Of a stretch of DNA of 55,413 nucleotides, positions 1-10,513 are shown one piece after another. Origin of the DNA: Girardia tigrina (taxonomy: Eukaryota); the NCBI GenBank assembly GCA_001938485.1, contig MQRK01241687.1, positions 1 through 55,413 of the forward strand, given 5' to 3'. Below the pieces are notes generated by a model that searched no databases, had not been told where the DNA came from, and was given only the letters and a program-made list of their open reading frames with translations. Every line of letters begins with the position of its first letter. Within the stretch, counting starts at the first letter, position 1. A program made the position numbers and the translations under genes.

Positions 1-1175
1 TAGCGAAGATGTCCTACCAAATGCTTTTCGAAGTCGATTTTTATAACCAATTATCGACTTGTCAACGGTCTTATATTTTTCCTTTATGTCTCTGTCCAAT
101 AGACATAAGACAATAACGTTCTGTTTCGCTTTTGCCACTCCCGCGAATTGAAAGAATGTTTCCCATTCTTCTATGAACGTCTCCACATTGTCACCTTTCC
201 TGAATTTTTCAGGTAGTAATTGGTTCGTGAAGTTGTCCAAAGCAGCATTGTTCGCCATGTAAGTAGTGTTTATGCCACTTTCATTAATATCACATTCTAA
301 AGTCATAATTCAACACCAGCAAAAATTTATTAATATTTACAATTCATATACTTAAACAAATTTCTTGTTACTTCAAATTATTTCGCCCAAAATTAGTTCA
401 TTAAATTTTTTCGATTAAATTTTGAAAATATACAAAAATTTAAATCTAAAATAATCTTACATTTTTTTTTACAAAAATTTTACAATATTAAATCTTAATT
501 AATCTTATATTTTTTTACAAAGAAATTTTACAATATTAAATCTTAATTACCCTAAGTTCTTGTCTATAAGCCGGACTCGTGTATAAACTGGTTTCTCAAA
601 ATTATATATATTCTAAAAAAAATTTTTTATCTTAGATAAGCCGGACTCATTGATAAGCCGTAAAGTTTTTCGATTTCGAAACAATTTGATGTTCACTTTG
701 TGATCAAACAATTATCAGCTACTTTTGTAAGATTAACGCCGCGGCTTATAGACAAGAACTTAGGGTAATCTTATATTTTTTACAAAAATATTACTATATA
801 TAATCTTATATTTTTTACAAAAATTTTAAACTTAAATAATTTACATTTTCTTACAAAAAATTTATAAATTTTTTTAATGTAACCAAATTTTACATTCTTA
901 CGAAACTTAATCATAAAACTAATTAATTTAAATTTACAATAACCATTTTATTAAAAAAAATTATTTCTGAAAATATTAATCCGTTAATTAAAATTTATTT
1001 AGCTTATTCTATAACTTTTATTAAAATATGTTAATTGTTATTACTGTAAACATATTTTAAGTAAGTATTTATTATCATATTTTTACTTACATTGTAATTG
1101 TTAACTTATTTCTTTTAAATTTTCAAATTAAAAAAAATAATAAACTATTTTGGCGAAACTTAAACTAACCCCTCA
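1..1175 (-). mobile_element. Gag-bearing LTR-type (Ty3/gypsy-like) element, 5' part, in an intron of paralog A
   Basis: Open gag frame at 258..1 (MANNAALDNFTNQLLPEKFRKGDNVETF...), near-identical to the copy at 11061. Terminus reads TGAGGGGTTAGTT on the minus strand. Confidence 0.7.
550..765. mobile_element. pogo/Tc1-type MITE
   Basis: Perfect 24-bp TIRs CCCTAAGTTCTTGTCTATAAGCCG, flanked by TA on both sides. Confidence 0.85.
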
Positions 1176-1357
1176 TAGTGACGTTATTGATATGATTTCA
1201 GAGACAATTTGAATTCAATACATAATTTATATTATTTAAACTAAAACATTATTACCATAATACTTCAATTTTAATATTTTCCTTCATATTATTGTACTAT
1301 AAATGCTTCAATTTTATAATAATAGTAATATAATACAATTATTTGCATAAAAAATAC

Positions 1358-1493
1358 CGATTTAGCGTTATGATCAAACATGACCGAATAATTGAAGTCT
1401 TTGTTGTAATCTATTTGGTAAGTACAATCGTTGTTTTTCAAACTGCATATCCAATCTGACTGCGAAAGAGACCAATTTATATCAATTCCACAA
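1358..1493 (-). CDS. CLCA-like paralog A, exon 4 (Cys-rich region); gene continues off the left edge
   Basis: Follows a 43-nt intron. Encodes CGIDINWSLSQSDWICSLKNNDCTYQIDYNKDFNYSVMFDHNAKS, then a GT donor. 136 nt as in paralog B. Confidence 0.82.
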
Positions 1494-1536
1494 CTATTTT
1501 AATAAGTTTTATAATAGTAATGACTTTTATATTTAC

Positions 1537-1645
1537 CTTGATTTTAGAAAACTTGATCCGTTGAAATACGTGAGTTGATTTCTATGCAAACTTTCGGAAA
1601 ATACACCGTATCTGAATTTTGTAAATTCCTTCATAATCTCTCGTC
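1537..1645 (-). CDS. CLCA-like paralog A, exon 3 (degenerate zinc-binding motif)
   Basis: CAG acceptor and GT donor. Encodes GREIMKEFTKFRYGVFSESLHRNQLTYFNGSSFLKS, aligning with CLCA GRxFVHEWAHLRWGVFDE. 109 nt as in paralog B; splice phases fit. Confidence 0.85.
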
Positions 1646-2059
1646 CTGTAAATTAATGTCAATTTATTTATATTTGGTAAATTCAATAATTATGTAACTT
1701 ATGTTAAAAATATTTTGCCTTAACTGATAGTTAAATCAAAGAACACATTTAGAGAAATTTTTATTCTCAACATCTAATAACATTGCTTTGTGATATATAT
1801 ATATATATATATATTATTGAAAAATATAATTTTTTTTAAATATAAAGCTTTTTTATATAATTATTAGACATGTTTTGATGCTTACATACACCATCATCAG
1901 CAATATTTGGAAATTTAGTATTTTAAAATTTGAAAAGTTCAATATTTTATTTGTTCTTAATAATATGATTTTAAAAGGTATATTAAGTTTAAATGGAATA
2001 ATTTCAAAAATATATTATAATTTATTAAAGTATTATTTGGTAATAGTGGCAACAATATT

Positions 2060-2325
2060 TTAATTAAAAATTTTAAGTATTGAAATAACCTTACTTTGCC
2101 CATTCTGAATGTTAATTGATGGTTTGTAGTGTCTTTTTAGTACAGTATCACAAAACTGACGCTCATAATGTGAATCGAATCCCTTTTGTAGAATAGAAAA
2201 CTCATTCTTTGAAATGGATGAGGTTCTGTTTTTACAACATAACCAATGATCAAGATCATTATTCCATCGACTCGTTTGCGAATGCTCGCTAATCCGGGTT
2301 AGATGACGATTTGTCTTTGCGATGT
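2060..2325 (-). pseudogene. Penelope-like element, C-terminal half of the GIY-YIG endonuclease
   Basis: Encodes IAKTNRHLTRISEHSQ...DHW...FSILQKGFDSHYERQFCDTVLKRHYKPSINIQ...ILKIFN, aligning with the GIY-YIG at 39902..40237. Confidence 0.8.
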
Positions 2326-4574
2326 GGGCCTCCCATCTCTGTAATGGTATTGAGCCTAAGGCTCTTTAGAGGGTCCACCCAAACTAAAGTCCTTAAGAGC
2401 CCCCCGATAGGCCTCCTACGGGGTCAGTGGCCTTCCGCCTCTGAGTAGTCGGCTTGCCAGTAACGAACGACCAACCATGGAACTTGGTACCATGGCCGTA
2501 CATGCCGTTGGCTGTTACGGTGGACGCGTAACAACCGCAAAATGGGCACTTGAATTGTCCTTTTGCAGTCTTGTAATCGGCTGGCAGTCGGTATTGTAGG
2601 TGCGTCTCTTCGGCATCGTCGTTCGGCTGTATCATCGGCATACTCACAGTTGCGTCCGGCAACTGAGGATTGGATTAGTTTGATGTCGGCTCTTCCTCGT
2701 TCTCTTCTTCCAAGTTTTCTTCTCTCTGGGCGTTGGATGTTGGCGCTTCTTGATGATTCTTCTGAATATGAATCCTTAGGAATCCAGCGGCCTTGTATTC
2801 CCTCGGACAGTGTTGACATTGATATTTTCCTTTATTCTGACGTGACTGAGCTTTCTTCTCTCTCTTCTTCCGCGGGATTAGCGCTGCTCCTTCGTGATCT
2901 CTTCTGAGATGCCTGTTTAACTCCTTCACTCCCGCATATTGTTTGTAACAGGCATCCATCGGGCAGCTGTGTTCTTTCTGACGAGGTAGCACCAGTCTTA
3001 GTGTTTGCTTGTCCCCGCTTCTTTGGATTCTCTTCATTCGGAATACTTTCTCGATCTTTCCATCCATCATCAGTAAGTTTTCCTGCAGAACGTCTCTTTT
3101 AAATTCACCGAAACTGTACTCGGCTCCAAAGAGCCAGTGAGCATCCACTCTGAGACATTCTACCAGATGTTGCTTTCTTCGAACGCTGATCTTCTTTCCG
3201 CCGATGAGATCGCATCCACTGATCTGCTTGACGTTCTCCGGGCATTCTCCTTCGTATTGTGTACGATTCTTCTCCGCGCGATGATATCCACTGAGCTTTG
3301 CAGTCCAATTGATATCTCATCCATCCTGATCCTTTCGGCTTTCAAAATCCCCAAAGTTCGCCGAGTACATAGATTGTGAAATGCTTTTAGCTTTTTCACG
3401 TGTACTTCATTTTTCCTCCAATTTTCACAGCTGTAGTAAACCACCGGGAATACACAGCTGCTAATTATTTTCTTCTTATTCCGGAGAGACAATTTGTTGT
3501 CTTCAACACTGGTCTGATAGTCCGTAATTTCGCAGCTCCTTTCTGATTTCTGGCTTTGATGTCCGTACCTGAGCTTCCTCCACTTTCAATTATCGATCCC
3601 AGGTAGCAGAATTCGTCCACCCATTCTATTCCGGCATTCAGCTCATCTCTTGCCGTAATGTACTTTGTTTCATTGAGATTCAGGATCTTTGTTTTCCCAA
3701 TGTTGATTTTGAGCTCCATATTCAAGAACACAGTGTTGAGACACGTGAGATTCCATTCGATATTTCCCTAGTCTTCGTCCAGTAAAAACAGGTCGTCTGC
3801 ATAAGCAAGTCTGTTCACGGTAAGCTCTTCCCCATTGTATTTTAGTTTCACACCACCTGATAGTCCTTCTTTGATCGCGATCTTAATTGCATGATCAAAG
3901 ACAAGGTTGAATAATAGAGGACCCAATACGCAACCCTGACGGACTCCTTTTTCCATACTGAATTTATCCTTTCCAATGCTTCCCGTGAAAACTTCATGAA
4001 ATTTCATGATGATACTTAGCATCCGATCCTGTAATCCAATTCCTTGAAGGTAATCCCAGAGAACTTTCCTGGGTACACTGTCAAATGCCTTTTCAAGGTC
4101 GATAAAAATAGCAAATACGTTTATGTTCTGGTATCTGGCCTCTTCTTGTATCTTTCGTAAGATACCAATAGCGTGCGCTGTACTTCTGTTTGGTCTGAAA
4201 CCAAATTGCCAGTCATCCAGTATCCTTTCGAGATGTGGCAGTAATCTATTTGCAATGATTTGGGCCAAGATCTTTCCTCCTACATCAAGTAGGAATATAC
4301 CTCTATAATTATTCAATTCCTTCTTTGAACCCTTTTCTTTGTATAGGATCACGACTTTCGTTGTTTTCCAAGCCTCCGGCAATTCTGCTCTTTCCTCCCA
4401 TATATCCACGAAACATTGCTGTCTCTTCTCAGTCAACTGGAGACCGCCCCATTTATATAGCTCTGGAATGATACCGTTGTTTCCAGCAGCTGTACCGTTC
4501 TTTAGTTGTCTAATAGCGGTACATACTTCTTCTACGTCCGGTGAGTGATCTATTTCGAGTGCTTGGCTCTATTC
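2326..4574 (-). mobile_element. 5'-truncated RTE-like non-LTR retrotransposon (RT plus three C2H2 fingers), disrupted by stops and frameshifts
   Basis: RT motifs NNYRGIFLL, QFGFRPNRST, FIDLEKAFDSV, GVRQGCVLGPLLF, LAYADD and FCYLGS. Flanked by an 8-bp duplication TGCGATGT at 2318-2325 and 4575-4582. Confidence 0.9.
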
Positions 4575-5300
4575 TGCGATGTACGAGTTTTGACACCCAT
4601 TATAATTAAATTTATATACCAGATTAGCTTGCAAACCAAAAACTGTTTTCGATTTATTTGAGAGGAAACTTTGAACTTTGGATGTGACAGAGACTACTTT
4701 AGCACTACATATTGTTCTACAAATACTCTTATTAAAAGCTCTAAATCCTTCAGAATATGAAATTTTAATAATTCGTTTGTATTCTTCAGTACTTTCTTCT
4801 TTTAATTGTTTCTTAACTCGTGTATATGTATATAATTTGTCTAAAGTTACCCTAATGTTGTGTCCTATTTACTTGTTTGCATACACATTGTCCCACAAGC
4901 GCCATCTAAGAATATTTCAACCCTGATTTGTAATTTCAAAACTGGACGACAAATTCCAAACTCTGTGAACAAGCCCTTTTATCATGCCCTCTGTATTTTT
5001 CCTCACAAAACCTCTGTGGTTCTGTGTAAAGACTTGTATCTGTTGCCTTTCTGAATAATTCAGTTTTATAGACTCCATTCATCCTAGTGACAAGAATGTC
5101 CAGAAAATGAAGTTTATTATCTATTTCCAATTCTGTGGTGAATTTAATATTAGGATGAAGACCATTCATGAATGTAACGAATGGATCTAAGAGGGATTGA
5201 TTGCTGAAAACCAAAAAGACATAATCTACATATCTCTCGTACAAAATATATGTAGATGATGATTGACTTTGAGGTTCGTTTACACTTAAAGCCGACAATA
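4575..5300 (-). pseudogene. Penelope-like element, RT C-terminus and N-half of GIY-YIG
   Basis: Encodes YERYVDYVF...MNGLHPNIKFTTELE...LHFLDILV...RKATDT, then NLVYKFNYNGCQNSYIA at the LINE junction. Confidence 0.85.
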
Positions 5301-6115
5301 GCTAACCGATTAAACACGGAAAATAGAAATTTCCTGATTATTGTAGACATCTTCATATCATTGATGAAAAGGAGTGTGATCCGTGTGATGATAGGGTTCG
5401 TTTTTTTTAATGCGGTGTTTTTAATCGTCTTTTCATAAAACTTTTAAGTACTTTTAGTTTTAAAAAGTATACATACAAAAGTCAACACTTGATGAGGAGT
5501 CATCTTTAAATTTCAGGTGTAACGATTTCTTTTAAGAAATATAATTCTCTTCAATTCGTTGTCTTAAAATTGGTATATTTTGTTTACAAACAAATTAATT
5601 TAACATAAAACGAAAGAGGAACTGTCCCTCAGAACAAACGTTATCCCTTAATATCACAATCTCCGAGATTGTTAATCATTAGCTGGCAACAACTTGGTTT
5701 ATTGTGACTGAAAATTGCTCTTATCAACGTTAACTCTTATGTTTTCAACTCTTCCACATTGCGGAAAGTTTCTTTGTGCTGCTCTTTTTCATTAACAAAA
5801 ATAATGATGCCGTATAACATTTAATTGTTCTCTTTCTCACTAATCGGCCTTTTTTCTAATCCTCATCATCAAATAAATATTTGATTAAATTTAAAGTTTC
5901 AAAAGTTTACTTTTTAGTGCTATTAAAAATGCATTTTTTGATAAATATAGAAACAAAAACGAACATAATTAAACCAAATAAATCTGAAAACTTCATCATT
6001 TACTGTTGGTCAAACTAAATGTTAATTGTTATTTTATAAATTTAAGTTTCAAAAATATGTTTAAACAATTTAAGTCTGTATTAACTAATATAGAAATATG
6101 GAAGCATCAAAAGAC

Positions 6116-6413
6116 CTTTTATAATTGGATTTCCATTGTCGAAGTATGTGTATGGAATTCTGATGAATTCTCCGGGGTCTCCGCATCCTCCTGTTTGTTT
6201 TGTAAAAGGTTCTGTTTTAAATTTGTTTTCTTTAGGTGTTGAAATGAAAATTTCTCCTTCTCCACATTGTTGCCATGTAATATTTTCGGATGCGATGATG
6301 TTCCACGAGGTTGGTACCACTATATATACGGTTCCGAATTGAACCCCTGTTATGTTTGACTTCATATTACCAGTCGCGGTCCACAGAGCAGCAGACGTTT
6401 CATTTATATATTT
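6116..6413 (-). CDS. CLCA-like paralog A, exon 2
   Basis: AG acceptor after a 49-nt intron. Encodes KYINETSAALWTAT...VQFGTVYIVVPTSW...PFTKQTGGCGDPGEFIRIP, matching the CLCA N-terminal pattern (PYTxQxxxCGxxG). 298 nt, the same length as paralog B exon 2. Confidence 0.88.
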
Positions 6414-6462
6414 CTAATGAATTCATTTTGAAACAGATGCATACAAAGAAAAATAAAAAAAC

Positions 6463-6621
6463 TTGAATATTTTGCATTAAATTTCCATTTCCTTCAGGAA
6501 CATCTTCTTTTATGAAAATTACCAGATTCTGAAATTTTGAATTCGAATCCAAAAAGACCTTAAACTGGAGAGAAGAATGCACATTCAAAAGAAATAAGAG
6601 TAAAATAATAAATAGTTTCAT
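6463..6621 (-). CDS. CLCA-like paralog A, exon 1 (signal peptide and start of the N-terminal domain)
   Basis: Encodes MKLFIILLLFLLNVHSSLQFKVFLDSNSKFQNLVIFIKEDVPEGNGNLMQNIQ, followed by a GT donor at 6462. Homologous to exon 1 of the plus-strand paralog. Confidence 0.85.
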
Positions 6622-7147
6622 AATTTTAAAAATTTTGATTCAAATGAACATCCTTTTATAAGTTCTCTTAATGACGTTATGTCTATTTTTAATTATGCGA
6701 CTGGACTTTTATATAGTATTTTATATAGAATTTTATATAGTTTAATATTTATTTTTTAAAAAAAATAAATTTTAGAATTATTTTTGAAAAAAATAAACTA
6801 TTGAAAAACTACAAACAAAATGGAAAGATAAATATAAATAAAAAAAACCTTTATTAAAGTAAAACAATCAATCTTCAAAACACCTGTATTTATTTTAATA
6901 AATAAAAATTATTTTCAATTTTTCAAATTTTTATTTAGTAAATAAATAATAAAATTATATTTTCCTTATTGGTGTAAAATCCGGTTCACTAGTCACCAGA
7001 TTTGAAAGTTTTAACAATCAAGTAAAACTTAGTGAAATTAATTTAAGTTGTTAATTATACATAATAAATGTATAAAATAATAACGTTTTATGATTTACCT
7101 TTTAACTTTTTAAAAATCGTGTTTAAAGTTTATATTTTTATAAAATA

Positions 7148-8066
7148 TTAGGTGTACAACTAATTAATTTCGTATTTGTTACGAAATAACCTTATATTCG
7201 TATTTGTTACCTCATTTCGAATTTGTTACTAACCTCATATCTATTTATGTAGTCAATNNNNNNNNNNNNNNNNNNNNNNNNNNNNNNNNNNNNNNNNNNN
7301 NNNNNNNNNNNNNNNNNNNNNNNNNNNNNNNNNNNNNNNNNNNNNNNNNNNNNNNNNNNNNNNNNNNNNNNNNNNNNNNNNNNNNNNNNNNNGCACATCG
7401 TTTACTCTCAGAAGCTTATCCTGAATATGCTCCAGAGGTTAGAGTATATCAGCAGTGGTTTGCACGATTTAAAAGTGGCGATTTTGACACAGAAGACAAA
7501 GAGCGATCAGATCCATCAAAAAAGTTTGAAAACAAAGAATTGGAGGCATTACTCGATCAAGATCCATGTCAAACTCAAGAAGAACTTGGAAAAACATTGG
7601 AAGTCACTCAACAAGCCATTTCTAAACGTTTAAAAGCAGCCGGATACATTCAGAAACAAGGAAATTATGTGCCACACGAATTGAGGCCGCGAGACGTTGA
7701 GAGACGATTTTGCATATCTGAAATGCTGCTTAATCGCCACAAAAAAGAAACCGTTTTTACATCGTATTGTCACTGGAGATGAAAAGTGGATTCATTACGA
7801 CAACCCAAAACGTAAAAGATATTATTTAAAGCCAGGCCGACCAGCCAAATCGACACCAAAGCCGAATTATTCATGGTTTGAAGGTAATGCTCTGTATTTG
7901 GTGGGATCAGAAGGGTGCGCTGTACTATGAGCTGTTAAAATCGGGCCAGACGGTCACGGGAGAGCTATACAGGCAACAATTGATACGTTTGAAGCAAGCA
8001 CTTTTATACTTAAATAAATGGTTTTTTTAATAAAAAAAATAAGAAATTAATTAGTTGTACACCCAA
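7148..8066 (+). mobile_element. Mariner transposon, internally deleted and frameshifted
   Basis: TIRs TTAGGTGTACAACTAATTAATTTC / GAAATTAATTAGTTGTACACCCAA with TA duplication. YVPHEL and IVTGDEKWIHYDN motifs present; the C-terminal catalytic part is missing. Contains an N gap. Confidence 0.9.
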
Positions 8067-8135
8067 TATAATTTAACATAATCGAATAAAACAAATCAAA
8101 CATATACAATTCTTTTTAACTGATATTGCTTATTA

Positions 8136-9135
8136 CAACGATTCCCAAACTATGTGTCGGGATCCAACTAGGGGTCGTGAGAGGAATCGTAGTGGGTCGC
8201 AAAAAATAACAAAATGATAATTATTTTAATTTAAACGAATTCGAATTTCGATTATTATTAAAACCTTATTATTTTATTAATATTTTTCATTTGTTAAAAT
8301 TGCATTTGTTTAAATAATATCATAAAAAACTTTTGGAGGCAATAAAAATCATTAAAAGTACTTTTCCTTTTCGCGTCATCTTATAATTGTGAGGCTGGAT
8401 CTTCAGTTAATAGTTTCAATTAAAAGCAAATAAGCTGCAACTCTAAATTTTTTTACGTCTGAAATTATCGCGCATTGAAGTTATTAGAGGTTCTTGGAAA
8501 CTCGTCAGAATTATTAATATCAGACATTAAAACTTTTATCATACCACAAAAAAATGTTTAAATCTAATATTTAAACAAATTTATTTTTTTTGAGAAACTA
8601 TTTGTTTCATAAATCTTAAACCGATATAGATAAAAATACATATAAATATTCATACTTGCTTTTTTTATTACTTCTATAATTACGATAACACTTTAAAATA
8701 TTTAATCGTTTCATTTAATTTTATTACTTTTTTAAAATCGTTTCACATAACAATTATACACTTTTTTTACTTTTTATATTATATTAAAACTCTCAAAAAA
8801 TTTTATTAGCAATTTAATTGATCTTAATTTTAGTAATTTTATTTTTTCGAATGTTACATATTTAATTATATAAAAATTTTAATTTGTACATATTTAATAT
8901 AACTTTCTTTCAAAAATTTTCCTAACATTTTTAATTCCTAACAGAAGTTAATGTGAAGTCCATTATGGAACGATGTAAGAAACAGGCTCATCCTTCGCAT
9001 GGACCTCAATAAAAATGCAATTTAAAATAAATTTATTTCCTTCATTAATGTTTTTACACAGTAAGGTTATGTGGGTCACCAAAAGGTGGAGTCATCAATA
9101 GTGTGTTGCGACTATAAAAAGTTTGGGAACCACTG
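8136..9135 (+). mobile_element. Non-autonomous hAT (Charlie/Buster-type) element
   Basis: Ends CAACGATTCCCAAACT and AGTTTGGGAACCACTG, with a near-matching 8-bp duplication GCTTATTA/GCTTATAT. Remnants FASSYNCEAG (dimerisation domain) and QAHPSH (C-terminus). Confidence 0.8.
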
Positions 9136-9324
9136 GCTTATATAGTTAGAAGACAATTGTGTACTTTATGTCTTACGCAAAAATAATTTAATATGATTGG
9201 ATGTACATTCAAAATAGGTTTGAAAAACTTAATTAATAGTGCATTAGTAATTATCCTTTCATAATTTAACGTTGATAATTTTTTGAATAAAGCTTTTTTG
9301 ATGAAAATTTTAAATTGTTTTCTT

Positions 9325-9430
9325 ATCAACGGTTACGATATTATCGAGACAATCGGTAGCGGTCAGTACGCAAAAATGTATTTAGGGAGAAAGAAAATGT
9401 CTTATAAAATGATTATTGTTACTGTAAAAC
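9325..9430 (+). pseudogene. Isolated Ser/Thr kinase N-lobe fragment
   Basis: Encodes INGYDIIETIGSGQYAKMYLGRKK...IVTVK: a Gly-rich loop followed by a VAxK-like motif. No downstream kinase motifs seen. Confidence 0.5.
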
Positions 9431-9508
9431 ATAACTTAACTGTTTTCTTATACCCGAAAAGCTCTTTGGGCTTGAAAGTATAGGGCTTTTTCAAACACTA
9501 TTACGATT

Positions 9509-9699
9509 CATAATCTCAAATTACAGTCTTGATCAGTTGTTTGAAACATTAAAAATTTGCCAAGTAGTAGACATGCATGAAATTTGATCAAACCGAACAT
9601 AATCTCAAATTACAGTCTTGATCAGTTGTTTGATTTGATCCATTGAAACATTAAAAATTTACCAAGTAGTAGACGTACATGAAATTTGATCAAACCGAA
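9509..9699. repeat. Tandem duplication of an ~89-bp unit
   Basis: CATAATCTCAAATTACAGTCTTGATCAG...GATCAAACCGAA occurs twice; the second copy has a short insertion. Confidence 0.9.
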
Positions 9700-10513
9700 T
9701 ACACTACTCAATTCGCTTATTGAGTTGCTTGGCATTTTTGATAATCTACTTTCGTTTTAAAATCCATCTAATGTAACAATCAAGATTGATACTTCGTTTT
9801 CCTCTAAACCGTCTACTTCACTGACAAATTTAAATTCGTCTATCCGATGTCGTCCTAGTCACAATCAAATTTCTTAAAATTACTTATAGCTTTCATGTCC
9901 ACAATGACTTGTTGAAATTACTTAATTAAAATAATTCGTTTCAAGAGACATAAATAACTCTAATATTTGCTTTATTTAAACAAAAAGGATGTTCAGTATT
10001 TATTTAAATTTAGAGTTATTGATTCATTTTAAAGAAAGTGCGCGAACAAATTCCTTTGATGTTATGATTTGATGTTATGATCAAATAATATCACAGATAT
10101 ACGATTGTATATTTTATTTCTGAATTATTACTCCATTTTAGAGATATTTTAATGACTCTGGAGATGCAACTATTGTACTGAATGTGACTTTTCGATTTTA
10201 ACACTTATTATCGTAGTATTTTATATATTTGTTCATTTATTTTGTTTCTTTTCTAATTATTTTCCCAACATTTTTAGTGGATCAATGAAAATTCGTATTT
10301 GGGATTATTATTTCACAAGATAGAAATCAATTACACTGTTTTTTATACGAGTGTTTACATTTAACTCTCCATCTTCTTTGAGTCGTATGAATAACTCTTG
10401 AGCACATTTTGTCGGGTTGGAAATAAAGGTCACTCGATTTTTTATACGCTCTTTGATTTATATATGATGTACCCGATTATTTTGGTAAAATCTTCAACTT
10501 TCCATAGTAATTA

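Noticed and set aside
2093-2280. Open frame ending at a GTAAG donor-like site, considered as a CLCA exon
   Set aside because: It translates as a Penelope GIY-YIG C-terminus, and exons 2 and 3 join in phase without it.
2322-2425. HDV or hammerhead assignment for the LINE 3' structure
   Set aside because: There is no P3/L3 module and no CUGANGA plus GAAA core in the right arrangement.
5488-5515. TTGATGA-GGAG..CTTT-AAA as a hammerhead
   Set aside because: Both core segments are mutated and no stem I or III can be drawn.
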